NCBI RefSeq assembly: GCF_004376175.1
Contig: NZ_SNUY01000067.1
Location: forward strand, 16,048-23,700
Direction of reading: 5' to 3'
From: Halalkalibacterium halodurans
GTDB taxonomy: Bacteria > Bacillota > Bacilli > Bacillales > Bacillaceae_D
DNA length: 7,653 nucleotides
Shown here piece after piece: positions 1 to 6,790 of this stretch (within the stretch, counting starts at the first letter, position 1; the number at the start of each line of letters is the position of its first letter). A model generated the notes under the pieces. It was not told where the DNA came from, did not search any database, and worked only from the letters and a program-made list of their open reading frames with translations. Both the position numbers and the translations under genes were made by a program.

Positions 1-152
1 CTTTCCTAAAGCCGCCTAGTCAATTTTTAAAAAAATAATGGCAATAGGTTTCTTTGTCATGCACATTTTTGAAAATACAATGAAAATAATGAGTGTGCAG
101 GCCATTCCAATCCAATTTCCAGTAATTTTGGTTCATTTCACCCGGAAAATTG

Positions 153-962
153 TTATTTATTCCGAGACTCTATATAAAAGCAAATGACGTTGTATAGCTC
201 ACTGTCAGCATAACTAATGAGTGCTGGTTGGCCGTTCACGTTTTTTACTTCTACATAAAAATCATTCGGTCGCTTTTTGGCAATTCCAAATAGAAAAGCC
301 GCCACATGGTCTTTCGTGTAGATCGGTCGGAGGGCAGCTCGTACCTTACCCCCACCATCCGTATAAAGTGTCACATGGTCAGAGAGCAACTCTAATAAAT
401 CGCCTTGATCCTCCGTTTGGAACGAGTGAATAAAGCGATCCACGACCGAGCGGTTATTTTCATAATGGAGACTCTCCCCCTTTACGGCCGAAAGTTTTTC
501 CTTCGCGCGGCTATAGAGCTTACGACAGTTGTCTTCTTTCTTTTCCATCATGGAGGCAATTTCTCTATAAGAAAAGGTGAATACTTCTCGCAACAGGAAC
601 ACGGCTCGCTCATGTGGAGTTAAATGCTCCATCATCCGCAAATACGCCATGCTCAGCCCCTCCTTTTGTAAAATCGCTTCACTCGGATCATCGCTTGTTA
701 TTAGAAGGGGTTCCGGCAGCCATGGGCCGACGTATTGCTCCCGCTTTCTCCTAGCTGATTTTAATACGTCTAGGCAGCGATTCGTCATCATTTTGCACAA
801 GTACGCTTTTTTATTGTTGATTTCCCGCTCTTCCGCTTGGTAAGCACGCAAAAACGTTTCCTGTACAAGGTCCTCCGCATCGGTTACAGATCCGAGGAGA
901 CGATAGCCTAAAGAAAACAACAACGGCTTCAGCTGCTCGTAGTCTTCATTGCTAATTTGCAC
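153..962 (-). CDS. sigJ: ECF41-group (SigJ-type) RNA polymerase sigma factor with a fused C-terminal SnoaL-like regulatory domain, 269 aa, GTG start
   Basis: The sigma-2 region reads DAEDLVQETFLRAY. The ECF41 linker motif WLPEP is present (VGPWLPEPLL). The sigma-4 HTH reads LTPHERAVFLLREVFTFSYREIASMM..CRKLYSRAKEKL. The C-terminal extension carries the ECF41 DGGGK motif (LYTDGGGKVRAA). The GTG start at 960-962 follows an AAAGGTGAT SD that overlaps the TGA stop (967-969) of the upstream gene, leaving a 4-nt gap that suggests translational coupling. Confidence 0.9.
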   Translation of the reverse strand: MQISNEDYEQLKPLLFSLGYRLLGSVTDAEDLVQETFLRAYQAEEREINNKKAYLCKMMTNRCLDVLKSARRKREQYVGPWLPEPLLITSDDPSEAILQKEGLSMAYLRMMEHLTPHERAVFLLREVFTFSYREIASMMEKKEDNCRKLYSRAKEKLSAVKGESLHYENNRSVVDRFIHSFQTEDQGDLLELLSDHVTLYTDGGGKVRAALRPIYTKDHVAAFLFGIAKKRPNDFYVEVKNVNGQPALISYADSELYNVICFYIESRNK

Positions 963-966
963 GTGA

Positions 967-2244
967 TCACCTTTCTTTCTCGGTTATTTCAAGCGCGACT
1001 CGTTTACCGCTACTTACTGCTGCATCGGCTAATACCGAATCAGGGGACGCCCAATCTCCTGCCAAATATAGACCAGACACACTCGTTTCTAGCTGTGTCA
1101 GCTCCTTTTCATCACCCACTTGTGGCAAACGATGATTGACAGTAATGTGGGGTAAGCATCGTCTCGTGATCAAATGCGAGCGCCAGCCTGGTTGCACTCG
1201 CTCTAGAAATTGCTCCAGCTCCGCCTTCACCTCATCCCGATCAATAAGTTCATCTGGATGGCTGTATTTGAAGACGTGTAACACCACACTCTCTCTCGTT
1301 TTCGAAAGCTTCGCGTAGTTGGAATGGACCGAATAATAAAGCGGCTGATCGGTACCGAGAGCAAACAGTCGCTTCGGATTCGGTAACGTTGTCAACGCTA
1401 CATCGAGGGCGGCTCCAGTTACAGGCCTCAGGCGATCAAAAAAGGTTGGTTCCAGCGTCTCTCCTTGCAACATGTCAGGAAGCTCCTTCGGATTGGCCGT
1501 ATAAACGACCTTTTTGCTCGTGATCGCTTCTCCGTTTGCAAGAGTGAGCGTAAACAGACGATCCTTTTCAGCCACGATTTGTTTGACTTGCGCCTGAGTT
1601 CGAATGTGAACTCCAGCCACTACCGCTTGATTATGCAATTGATCAATCATCGACTGCCAACCGCCATCTAAATAGAGAACGCCACCGGTAGATGCCTTTA
1701 AATGGGCAACAACCACCTTAGCACTTACATATTCAGGGGCGTGACAATAAGTGGACAGTCTTGCAAGAGTGTAAACAAGTGACTGCACCTTTCGTGATGT
1801 TGTGTTGCGCATAAGCCATTGCTGAAACGTTTCCTCATCATCAATTGATTCCAATCGAATGGTTGGTAGCTTCGCCATAAACGCCAGCCATTCCTTCCGT
1901 TCTCGCCAATTTAAAAACGTCGTCGTCGCAATTCCGATAGGTGAGAACGGAGCGATATGATCTTTATCCCCTTCGATGAGGAGACCGCCTAACTTTGGCG
2001 AATTCCCTTGTATCATGACTCCTAGCTCATCCAAGATTGGCTTTGCTTTTCCTTGCTTATAGAGAGCGTGGGGGCCTAAATTAAAATAGTGCTCCTTTAT
2101 CACGTCGGTCCTTGCCCTTCCCCCCACTCGTTTTCCTTTCTCCACGAGTAAAACCGACACGTTCGCCTTCGCTAAAAAAAGGGCGGCTACATACCCTGCT
2201 AACCCACCACCTACAATGACAACATCCCAATGTTTCGTCATCAT
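967..2244 (-). CDS. NAD(P)/FAD-dependent oxidoreductase of the CrtI / phytoene-desaturase / amine-oxidase fold, ~425 aa, substrate unknown; first gene of the ECF41 bicistron
   Basis: The N-terminus has a dinucleotide-binding motif, DVVIVGGGLAGYVAALFLAK..VLLVEKGKRVGGRA. The C-terminus has the FAD motif GLYLAGDW. I prefer the ATG at 2242-2244 (MMTKHWDVV..) because AAAGGAGG (core 2250-2254) sits 5 nt upstream. The ORF-track GTG at 2268 would place the SD inside the coding sequence. Confidence 0.85.
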   Translation of the reverse strand: MMTKHWDVVIVGGGLAGYVAALFLAKANVSVLLVEKGKRVGGRARTDVIKEHYFNLGPHALYKQGKAKPILDELGVMIQGNSPKLGGLLIEGDKDHIAPFSPIGIATTTFLNWRERKEWLAFMAKLPTIRLESIDDEETFQQWLMRNTTSRKVQSLVYTLARLSTYCHAPEYVSAKVVVAHLKASTGGVLYLDGGWQSMIDQLHNQAVVAGVHIRTQAQVKQIVAEKDRLFTLTLANGEAITSKKVVYTANPKELPDMLQGETLEPTFFDRLRPVTGAALDVALTTLPNPKRLFALGTDQPLYYSVHSNYAKLSKTRESVVLHVFKYSHPDELIDRDEVKAELEQFLERVQPGWRSHLITRRCLPHITVNHRLPQVGDEKELTQLETSVSGLYLAGDWASPDSVLADAAVSSGKRVALEITEKER

Positions 2245-2249
2245 GAAAA

Positions 2250-2290
2250 CCTCCTTTTGTTCTTTCACTACTCATGACGACAAAAGGAGG
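2250..2290 (-). promoter_or_regulatory. Perfect 11-bp inverted repeat pairing an anti-SD (CCTCCTTTTGT, in the promoter spacer) with the oxidoreductase SD (ACAAAAGGAGG)
   Basis: Plus-strand 2250-2260 cctccttttgt is the exact reverse complement of 2280-2290 acaaaaggagg, with a 19-nt loop between them. The 3' arm in the minus-strand RNA is the SD of the 967..2244 CDS. Confidence 0.5.
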
Positions 2291-2302
2291 TGGTTTGTGA
2301 CA
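2276..2302 (-). promoter_or_regulatory. ECF41-dependent promoter: -35 TGTCACA, 16-nt spacer, -10 CGTC
   Basis: The minus strand reads TGTCACA (2302-2296), AACCACCTCCTTTTGT (16 nt, 2295-2280), CGTC (2279-2276). This is an exact match to the TGTCACA-N16-CGTC motif described for ECF41 target promoters in B. licheniformis and R. sphaeroides. It lies ~32 nt upstream of the oxidoreductase ATG. Confidence 0.75.
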
Positions 2303-2516
2303 AATGATTTTAAAAAATGAATAATGTTGTCTTAAAAACGTAGCGACTAGAAGGAGGCGGGTTGTTATTTAATAGACAAATAACCACTTTACAGTATTAT
2401 TGTATAAGACAGCTTTTACGTATTTTAGATGAGGTTGAATCACCAGCTCAAGCATCTCTAGATTAATACTTTCTATATTTAAACCTAAAAAACTGCGATC
2501 CACCCTTTAAACCACT

Positions 2517-2546
2517 ATAAAAAAGAGAGCGGGAATCGCTCTCTCC
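2517..2546 (-). terminator. Rho-independent terminator of the GyrI-like gene
   Basis: The minus-strand RNA reads AGAGAGCG-AUUCC-CGCUCUCU followed by UUUUUA, an 8-bp GC-rich stem with a 5-nt loop and a U-tract. It starts about 10 nt after the TAA stop at 2557-2559. On the plus strand the hairpin is followed by ccttgg, so it looks unidirectional. Confidence 0.85.
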
Positions 2547-2556
2547 TTGGATTCTA

Positions 2557-3036
2557 TTAAACCACCGAAATGTAAATATCAACTTGCCCATTTTGCGGAT
2601 CCTGTGCTCGCTCATCATACACTTCAAAATCAGCTATGAACGCCCGTTTATTCGGATTTGCTTTCGACCACTCCCAAATTTCTTGCCATGCTTCCATGAC
2701 GACCTGATCCATCGGTCCCTTCCGGCTCGTAAACTTTACGTATGTCGCTTCAGGGACGGTCACTTTCGATAAGCCTTCAGGTGCCTCCGCTTCATCTTGT
2801 ACCTTCGCTCCAATGGCAAAAGTGTACTCGCCTGTTTCATCCGATTCATAGTCTGTATACAAGGCGATGATCGCTTCCTCTTTTTGCTGCGGAATTCGAT
2901 CTACAAACGGCTCTTTGTAGAACGCATCCCATTGTGACGAGATCACACCTTCCCCTTTCATTTCGGCTTCATTCGTCGTTCGTGCCGTACGACCAATAAA
3001 GGAAAACCCGCTTAACACTGCTTGCTCCTTTGTCAT
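2557..3036 (-). CDS. GyrI-like / Cass2-type small-molecule (effector) binding domain protein, stand-alone, ~159 aa
   Basis: The overall pattern is typical of the GyrI-like/AraC-effector-binding fold: FIGRTARTTNE..WDAFY..IALYTDYESDETGEYTFAIGAKV..VPEATYVKFTS.G....V.EAWQEIW.W......R....DFEVYDER..DP....VDIYISV. No DNA-binding domain is fused. I prefer the ATG at 3034-3036 (MTKEQ..) because GGGAGGGAG lies 8 nt upstream. Confidence 0.8.
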   Translation of the reverse strand: MTKEQAVLSGFSFIGRTARTTNEAEMKGEGVISSQWDAFYKEPFVDRIPQQKEEAIIALYTDYESDETGEYTFAIGAKVQDEAEAPEGLSKVTVPEATYVKFTSRKGPMDQVVMEAWQEIWEWSKANPNKRAFIADFEVYDERAQDPQNGQVDIYISVV

Positions 3037-3124
3037 TTGACTAACTCCCTCCCGCATGAATTGTATAGGAAGACTTTATGATCATGACATTCTAAGCTGT
3101 TTTATGAAAATCCTACCACTTATC

Positions 3125-3153
3125 ATCGTAAAGAAAGGGGAAGTTAATTTCAA
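3125..3153 (-). promoter_or_regulatory. Candidate sigmaA promoter for the GyrI-like gene: -35 TTGAAA, 17 nt, -10 TACGAT
   Basis: The minus strand reads TTGAAA (3153-3148), TTAACTTCCCCTTTCTT (17 nt), TACGAT (3130-3125). It sits ~90 nt upstream of the ATG at 3036. Confidence 0.5.
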
Positions 3154-3165
3154 GATTTCTTTCAG

Positions 3166-3414
3166 TCAAGGTTGACCAATCATGTCAACATCGCCAATGA
3201 TCGGTAAGCCATAATAAACCATATTTAAAATGGCAGCCATTAATCCTAACACGAAAATAAACGCTGCCATCTTTAAGAGCGTTGTCTTCGGTTTTTTTCG
3301 AATCCGATAAATACCGATAATGGCACCTACGATTGCAACAACTGGGAAGAAAAAAGAGACAGGTGTTAAAAAAGCAAAAATCACCACGAGCAAACTGCTA
3401 ATAAAAAAGAACAT
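3166..3414 (-). CDS. Small hypothetical integral membrane protein, 82 aa, about three hydrophobic segments
   Basis: The ORF is strongly hydrophobic (FFFISSLLVVIFAFL, FFFPVVAIVGAIIGIY, MAAFIFVLGLMAAILNMVYYGL), with a basic loop RIRKKPK between segments. A GGTGG SD-like element lies ~12 nt upstream of the ATG, which is rather far. I recognise no family. Confidence 0.55.
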   Translation of the reverse strand: MFFFISSLLVVIFAFLTPVSFFFPVVAIVGAIIGIYRIRKKPKTTLLKMAAFIFVLGLMAAILNMVYYGLPIIGDVDMIGQP

Positions 3415-3444
3415 ACTAGACTTTCTACCACCTTTTTCATTTGT

Positions 3445-3497
3445 CTCAATAAGAAAGCTGTCACCGTGAAGTCATACAAATGACCTTAGATGACAGC
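3445..3497 (-). terminator. Candidate imperfect hairpin terminator or attenuator after gatB
   Basis: The minus strand reads GCUGUCA..GGUCAU-UUGU-AUGACU..UGACAGC followed by UUUCUUAUU. The outer 7-bp arms are 3457-3463 and 3491-3497, with an inner ~6-bp stem. The internal loops make it weaker than a canonical terminator. Confidence 0.45.
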
Positions 3498-3506
3498 CTC
3501 CCTACG

Positions 3507-4937
3507 TTAGCGTTTGTTGATTTCTTCTAGCAATAGCTTGTTGACCATTGGCGGATTCGCTTTTCCTTTTGTCGCTTTCATGATTTGACCGACAAGGAAG
3601 CCAATTGCACGGTCTTTTCCGTTTTTGAAATCATCGATTGATTGCTGGTTGTTATCGAGTACTTCAACAACATACTTGCGTAGCTCGCCTTCGTCCGAAA
3701 TTTGCACAAGCCCTTTTGCTTTGACAATCTCCTCTGGATCGCCGCCTTTTTCAATTAAATCTTTAAACACTTTTTTCGCGATTTTTGAGGAAATGGTTCC
3801 TTTTTCAATCAATTGAATCATTTTTGCCAGTCCGTCAGGTGTCAGTGCCACTTCATCTAGCTCTTTTTGCTCAGCATTTAAGTAGCCCGAAACCTCTCCC
3901 ATTAGCCAGTTTGACGCAAGCTTCGGATCGGCACCTTTCATGATCGTCTCTTCAAAGAAATCGGACATCTCTTTCGTTAACGTAAGCACCATCGCGTCAT
4001 ATGCTGGTAGTCCAAGCTCCTCCACATACCGCTTCTTCCGTGCATCTGGCAGTTCAGGAATTTCAGAGCGGATGCGCGCTTTCCATTCATCATCAATATG
4101 AAGGGCCACTAAGTCTGGCTCAGGGAAGTAACGATAGTCATCAGAGCCTTCCTTGACCCGCATGAGCACTGTTTTATTAGCAGCTTCGTCATAACGACGC
4201 GTCTCTTGTAAAATCTCTCCACCAGAGAGAAGCACTTGCGCCTGCCGTTTTTCTTCGTATTCCAAGCCTTTGCGCACAAAGTTGAATGAATTTAAGTTTT
4301 TAAGCTCTGTTTTCGTTCCGAATTCTTCTTGACCAACCGGACGTAAGGAAATGTTCGCATCACAACGGAGCGAGCCTTCCTCCATCTTACAATCGGAAAC
4401 ACCTGTATATTGAATGATCGATTTAAGCTTTTCTAAGTACGCATACGCCTCTTGTGGCGTGCGGATATCCGGCTCTGAGACGATCTCAATAAGTGGAGTC
4501 CCTTGGCGGTTAAAGTCAACGAGTGAATAGCCGTTGCCACTATGGGTTAGTTTCCCTGCATCCTCTTCTAAATGCAGGCGCGTAATGCCGATTTTCTTTT
4601 TCGTTCCATCTACTTCAATTTCAATCCAACCATTTTCACCGATCGGCTTGTCAAACTGAGAAATTTGGTACGCCTTCGGATTGTCTGGATAGAAGTAGTT
4701 TTTCCGGTCAAATTTCGTATCGGTCGCAACCTCACAGTTAAGCGCCATCGCAGCCTTCATCGCAAACTCCACCGCTGCTTTATTCAAGACAGGCAAGACA
4801 CCTGGATAGCCTAAATCAATGACACTCGTGTTGGCGTTCGGCTCTGCACCGAAATGGTTCGGGCTAGCCGAGAAAATTTTAGATTCCGTTTTTAATTCTA
4901 CGTGGACTTCAAGTCCAATCACCGTTTCAAAGTTCAT
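3507..4937 (-). CDS. gatB: Asp-tRNA(Asn)/Glu-tRNA(Gln) amidotransferase subunit B, 476 aa
   Basis: The N-terminus is unmistakably GatB: [21 protein letters not shown]...PN.FGA.PN...[14 protein letters not shown]; also [17 protein letters not shown] and [11 protein letters not shown]. The C-terminal YqeY-like tail reads GFLVGQ.MK..KGKANP. An AAGGGGTGA SD lies 6 nt upstream, and the gene starts 13 nt after the gatA stop. Confidence 0.97.
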   Translation of the reverse strand: MNFETVIGLEVHVELKTESKIFSASPNHFGAEPNANTSVIDLGYPGVLPVLNKAAVEFAMKAAMALNCEVATDTKFDRKNYFYPDNPKAYQISQFDKPIGENGWIEIEVDGTKKKIGITRLHLEEDAGKLTHSGNGYSLVDFNRQGTPLIEIVSEPDIRTPQEAYAYLEKLKSIIQYTGVSDCKMEEGSLRCDANISLRPVGQEEFGTKTELKNLNSFNFVRKGLEYEEKRQAQVLLSGGEILQETRRYDEAANKTVLMRVKEGSDDYRYFPEPDLVALHIDDEWKARIRSEIPELPDARKKRYVEELGLPAYDAMVLTLTKEMSDFFEETIMKGADPKLASNWLMGEVSGYLNAEQKELDEVALTPDGLAKMIQLIEKGTISSKIAKKVFKDLIEKGGDPEEIVKAKGLVQISDEGELRKYVVEVLDNNQQSIDDFKNGKDRAIGFLVGQIMKATKGKANPPMVNKLLLEEINKR

Positions 4938-4950
4938 CTGCTTTCACCCC

Positions 4951-6408
4951 TTACAGCGTTGGTCGCTTCGTATGATAGTCCGTTGCTTGTTCAAAGGCAT
5001 GAGCCACTCGGTACACGCTACCTTCATCAAAATGCTTTCCGATGATTTGTAAGCCTAGCGGCAAGCCATTGTCAAATCCACACGGCACCGAAATTGCAGG
5101 AACACCTGCAAGGTTGACCGGGATCGTTAAAATGTCGTTTGCGTACATCGTTAATGGATCATCGGTTTTCTCACCAATTTTAAACGCTGGGGTCGGCGTC
5201 GTCGGTCCAATGATCACATCGTATTGCTCGAACACCTTTTCAAAGTCTTGTTTGATGAGTGTGCGCACTTGTTGCGCCTTTTTGTAATACGCATCATAGT
5301 AACCAGAGCTAAGCGCGAACGTACCGAGCATAATCCGGCGCTTCACCTCGTCACCGAATCCTTCTGCACGTGTTTGCTTGTACATGTCCAGTAAGTTATC
5401 AGCATTGTCGCTGCGGAAACCGTAACGAACACCATCAAATCGGGCAAGGTTAGCGGAAGCCTCTGAAGACGCCAATAAATAGTAGGTCGCTAGCGCATAC
5501 TTTGAATGAGGAAGAGACACTTCTTCCCATGTCGCCCCTAGACCTTCCAGCACTTTTAATGCGTCTAAAACCGATTGCTTCACTTCTTCCTTTACACCTT
5601 CGCCAAGGTACTCTTTCGGAACAGCGATCTTAAGTCCTTTAATGTCACCCGTAAGAGCGGATAAATAGTCAGGCACGTCCAAGTTCGCAGACGTGGAATC
5701 CATTGGGTCATGTCCAGAAATCGCTTGAAGGAGATACGCGTTATCTTCAACATTACGCGTAATCGGTCCAATTTGATCAAGGGACGACGCAAAAGCAACA
5801 AGACCATACCGCGATACGCGGCCATACGTCGGCTTTAATCCGACAACTCCGCAGTATGCCGCGGGTTGACGGATCGAGCCACCTGTATCCGAGCCGAGAG
5901 TGAATGGCACTTCGCCAGCCGCTACAGCCGCAGCGGAACCCCCGCTCGAGCCACCAGGAACATACTCAAGATTCCAAGGGTTTTTCGTTTTTTGGAAGGC
6001 GGAGTTTTCCGTGGAAGAACCCATAGCAAACTCGTCCATATTTAACTTTCCAATCGTAACTGCTTGAGCCTCGCGCAATTTATGTACGACCGTTGCATCG
6101 TAAATTGGATCAAAATTCCCTAAAATGCGACTAGAGCACGTCGTGCGTAAATTTTTCGTCACAATGTTATCCTTAACGCCAATAGGAATCCCGAACAGCA
6201 ATCCCCTTGCTTCGGAGCGATCGAGAGCGGCATCCAATTCTTTTGCGTAAGCACGCGCCTTTTCTTCATTTAACGCCAAAAAGGCTTCCACTTGCCCATC
6301 GACTTGCTCGATTCGCTTGTACGCCTCATCCACAAGGTCAGAAACAGAAATCTCTTTTTCGTGTAGCTTTGTATGTACATCTTTTAATTTTAAATCGAAT
6401 AGCGACAT
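4951..6408 (-). CDS. gatA: Asp-tRNA(Asn)/Glu-tRNA(Gln) amidotransferase subunit A (amidase signature enzyme), 485 aa
   Basis: The amidase signature is present: [15 protein letters not shown]...[13 protein letters not shown]. The N-terminus [20 protein letters not shown] is typical of Bacillus GatA. I prefer the ATG at 6406-6408, with a GGGGGGAA SD 8 nt upstream, over the TTG at 6426, which abuts the gatC stop. Confidence 0.95.
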   Translation of the reverse strand: MSLFDLKLKDVHTKLHEKEISVSDLVDEAYKRIEQVDGQVEAFLALNEEKARAYAKELDAALDRSEARGLLFGIPIGVKDNIVTKNLRTTCSSRILGNFDPIYDATVVHKLREAQAVTIGKLNMDEFAMGSSTENSAFQKTKNPWNLEYVPGGSSGGSAAAVAAGEVPFTLGSDTGGSIRQPAAYCGVVGLKPTYGRVSRYGLVAFASSLDQIGPITRNVEDNAYLLQAISGHDPMDSTSANLDVPDYLSALTGDIKGLKIAVPKEYLGEGVKEEVKQSVLDALKVLEGLGATWEEVSLPHSKYALATYYLLASSEASANLARFDGVRYGFRSDNADNLLDMYKQTRAEGFGDEVKRRIMLGTFALSSGYYDAYYKKAQQVRTLIKQDFEKVFEQYDVIIGPTTPTPAFKIGEKTDDPLTMYANDILTIPVNLAGVPAISVPCGFDNGLPLGLQIIGKHFDEGSVYRVAHAFEQATDYHTKRPTL

Positions 6409-6426
6409 GAAGCTCGTTCCCCCCAA

Positions 6427-6717
6427 CTATTCCAAGACTGATGGTACACGAATTTGTCCATCTTCATGGTCCGGTGCATTTTTTAGTACGTCTTCCACTG
6501 GTAAGCCTTTTTCTGGCTTGTCCTCACGTAAAACATTTTTCATATCGAGCACGTGTGAGGTTGGCTCAACCCCTTCTGTATCTAGCTCATTAAGCTGCTC
6601 AGCAAACTGAATGATGTCTCCTAATTGTTCAGTAAACAGCTTCGCTTCTTCTTCCGTAATCGCCAAACGGGCTAAATGAGCCACATGCTTGACTTGTTCC
6701 ATCGAAATTCGTGACAC
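6427..6717 (-). CDS. gatC: Asp-tRNA(Asn)/Glu-tRNA(Gln) amidotransferase subunit C, 96 aa, GTG start
   Basis: (M)[53 protein letters not shown]....VLREDK......[22 protein letters not shown] is close to B. subtilis GatC as I remember it. The GTG at 6715-6717 has a GGAGG SD 8 nt upstream. The ORF-track start at 6726 overlaps that SD. Confidence 0.93.
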   Translation of the reverse strand: MSRISMEQVKHVAHLARLAITEEEAKLFTEQLGDIIQFAEQLNELDTEGVEPTSHVLDMKNVLREDKPEKGLPVEDVLKNAPDHEDGQIRVPSVLE

Positions 6718-6761
6718 GTCCCACACCTCCGGAGAATTTTCGTACGGTCTACAATATTCTC

Positions 6762-6790
6762 ATGATACCAAATTCGCCGCATACAGGCAA
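6762..6790 (-). promoter_or_regulatory. Candidate sigmaA promoter of gatCAB: -35 TTGCCT, 17 nt, extended -10 TGgTATCAT
   Basis: The minus strand reads TTGCCT (6790-6785), GTATGCGGCGAATTTGG (17 nt), TATCAT (6767-6762), with TG in the extended -10 position. This gives a leader of ~40 nt to the gatC GTG. Confidence 0.45.

Noticed and set aside
20-136. A 38-codon His/Cys-rich minus-strand ORF (MNQNYWKLDWNGLHTHYFHCIFKNVHDKETYCHYFFKN) downstream of the sigma gene, and a 49-codon plus-strand ORF at 38..187
   Set aside because: The minus-strand ORF has only a weak GGGTGA element 2 nt from its ATG. The plus-strand ORF has no SD and overlaps the end of the sigma gene. There is no supporting signal, and the DNA is AT-rich with low information content.
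369-375. A second TGTCACA heptamer on the plus strand, inside the sigma gene
   Set aside because: The position 16 nt downstream reads CTAA, not CGTC. The site is intragenic and antisense, so it is not an ECF41 promoter.
221-843. Three plus-strand ORFs (221..433, 405..623, 577..843) antisense to the sigma factor gene
   Set aside because: They lie wholly inside a well-supported minus-strand CDS, have no SD, and have low-complexity or odd composition. They are shadow ORFs. The same reasoning applies to the other plus-strand ORFs in the track: 957..1139, 1136..1318, 1465..1671, 2584..2772, 3625..3816, 4572..4814, 4819..5052, 5042..5287, 6207..6410, 6317..6610, 6689..6892, 6957..7169 and 6961..7242.
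2245-2268. N-terminal extensions offered by the ORF track: oxidoreductase GTG 2268, GyrI-like ATG 3057, gatA TTG 6426, gatC GTG 6726
   Set aside because: In each case a strong SD lies inside the extension at the correct distance from a downstream start codon. The shorter proteins also match the N-termini and lengths expected for the families; as I recall, B. subtilis GatA is 485 aa and GatC is 96 aa.
2081-2275. A 64-aa minus-strand ORF overlapping the 5' end of the oxidoreductase in another frame, and a similar 77-aa ORF at 5592..5825 inside gatA
   Set aside because: These are alternative-frame ORFs inside strongly supported genes. Their sequences are Arg/Gly-rich and lack domain character, and neither has an independent SD.
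2281-2325. A plus-strand AAAGGAGG (2283-2290) followed by mini-ORFs of 6-7 codons
   Set aside because: This SD-like sequence is simply the mirror arm of the 11-bp inverted repeat. The ORFs are too short to evaluate.
2507-2565. A 9-bp direct repeat TTAAACCAC (2507-2515 and 2557-2565) flanking the terminator hairpin, considered as a possible target-site duplication of a miniature insertion
   Set aside because: The intervening 41 bp is just the terminator, with no terminal inverted repeats. One copy is the last codons plus the stop of the GyrI-like gene. Chance or local duplication is more likely.
3078-3085. The palindrome ATGATCAT and a TTTATGA direct repeat (3075-3081, 3101-3107) in the 5' UTR of the GyrI-like gene, considered as an operator or riboswitch
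   Set aside because: These are short AT-rich motifs with no recognisable riboswitch architecture and no adjacent regulator gene. The evidence is insufficient.
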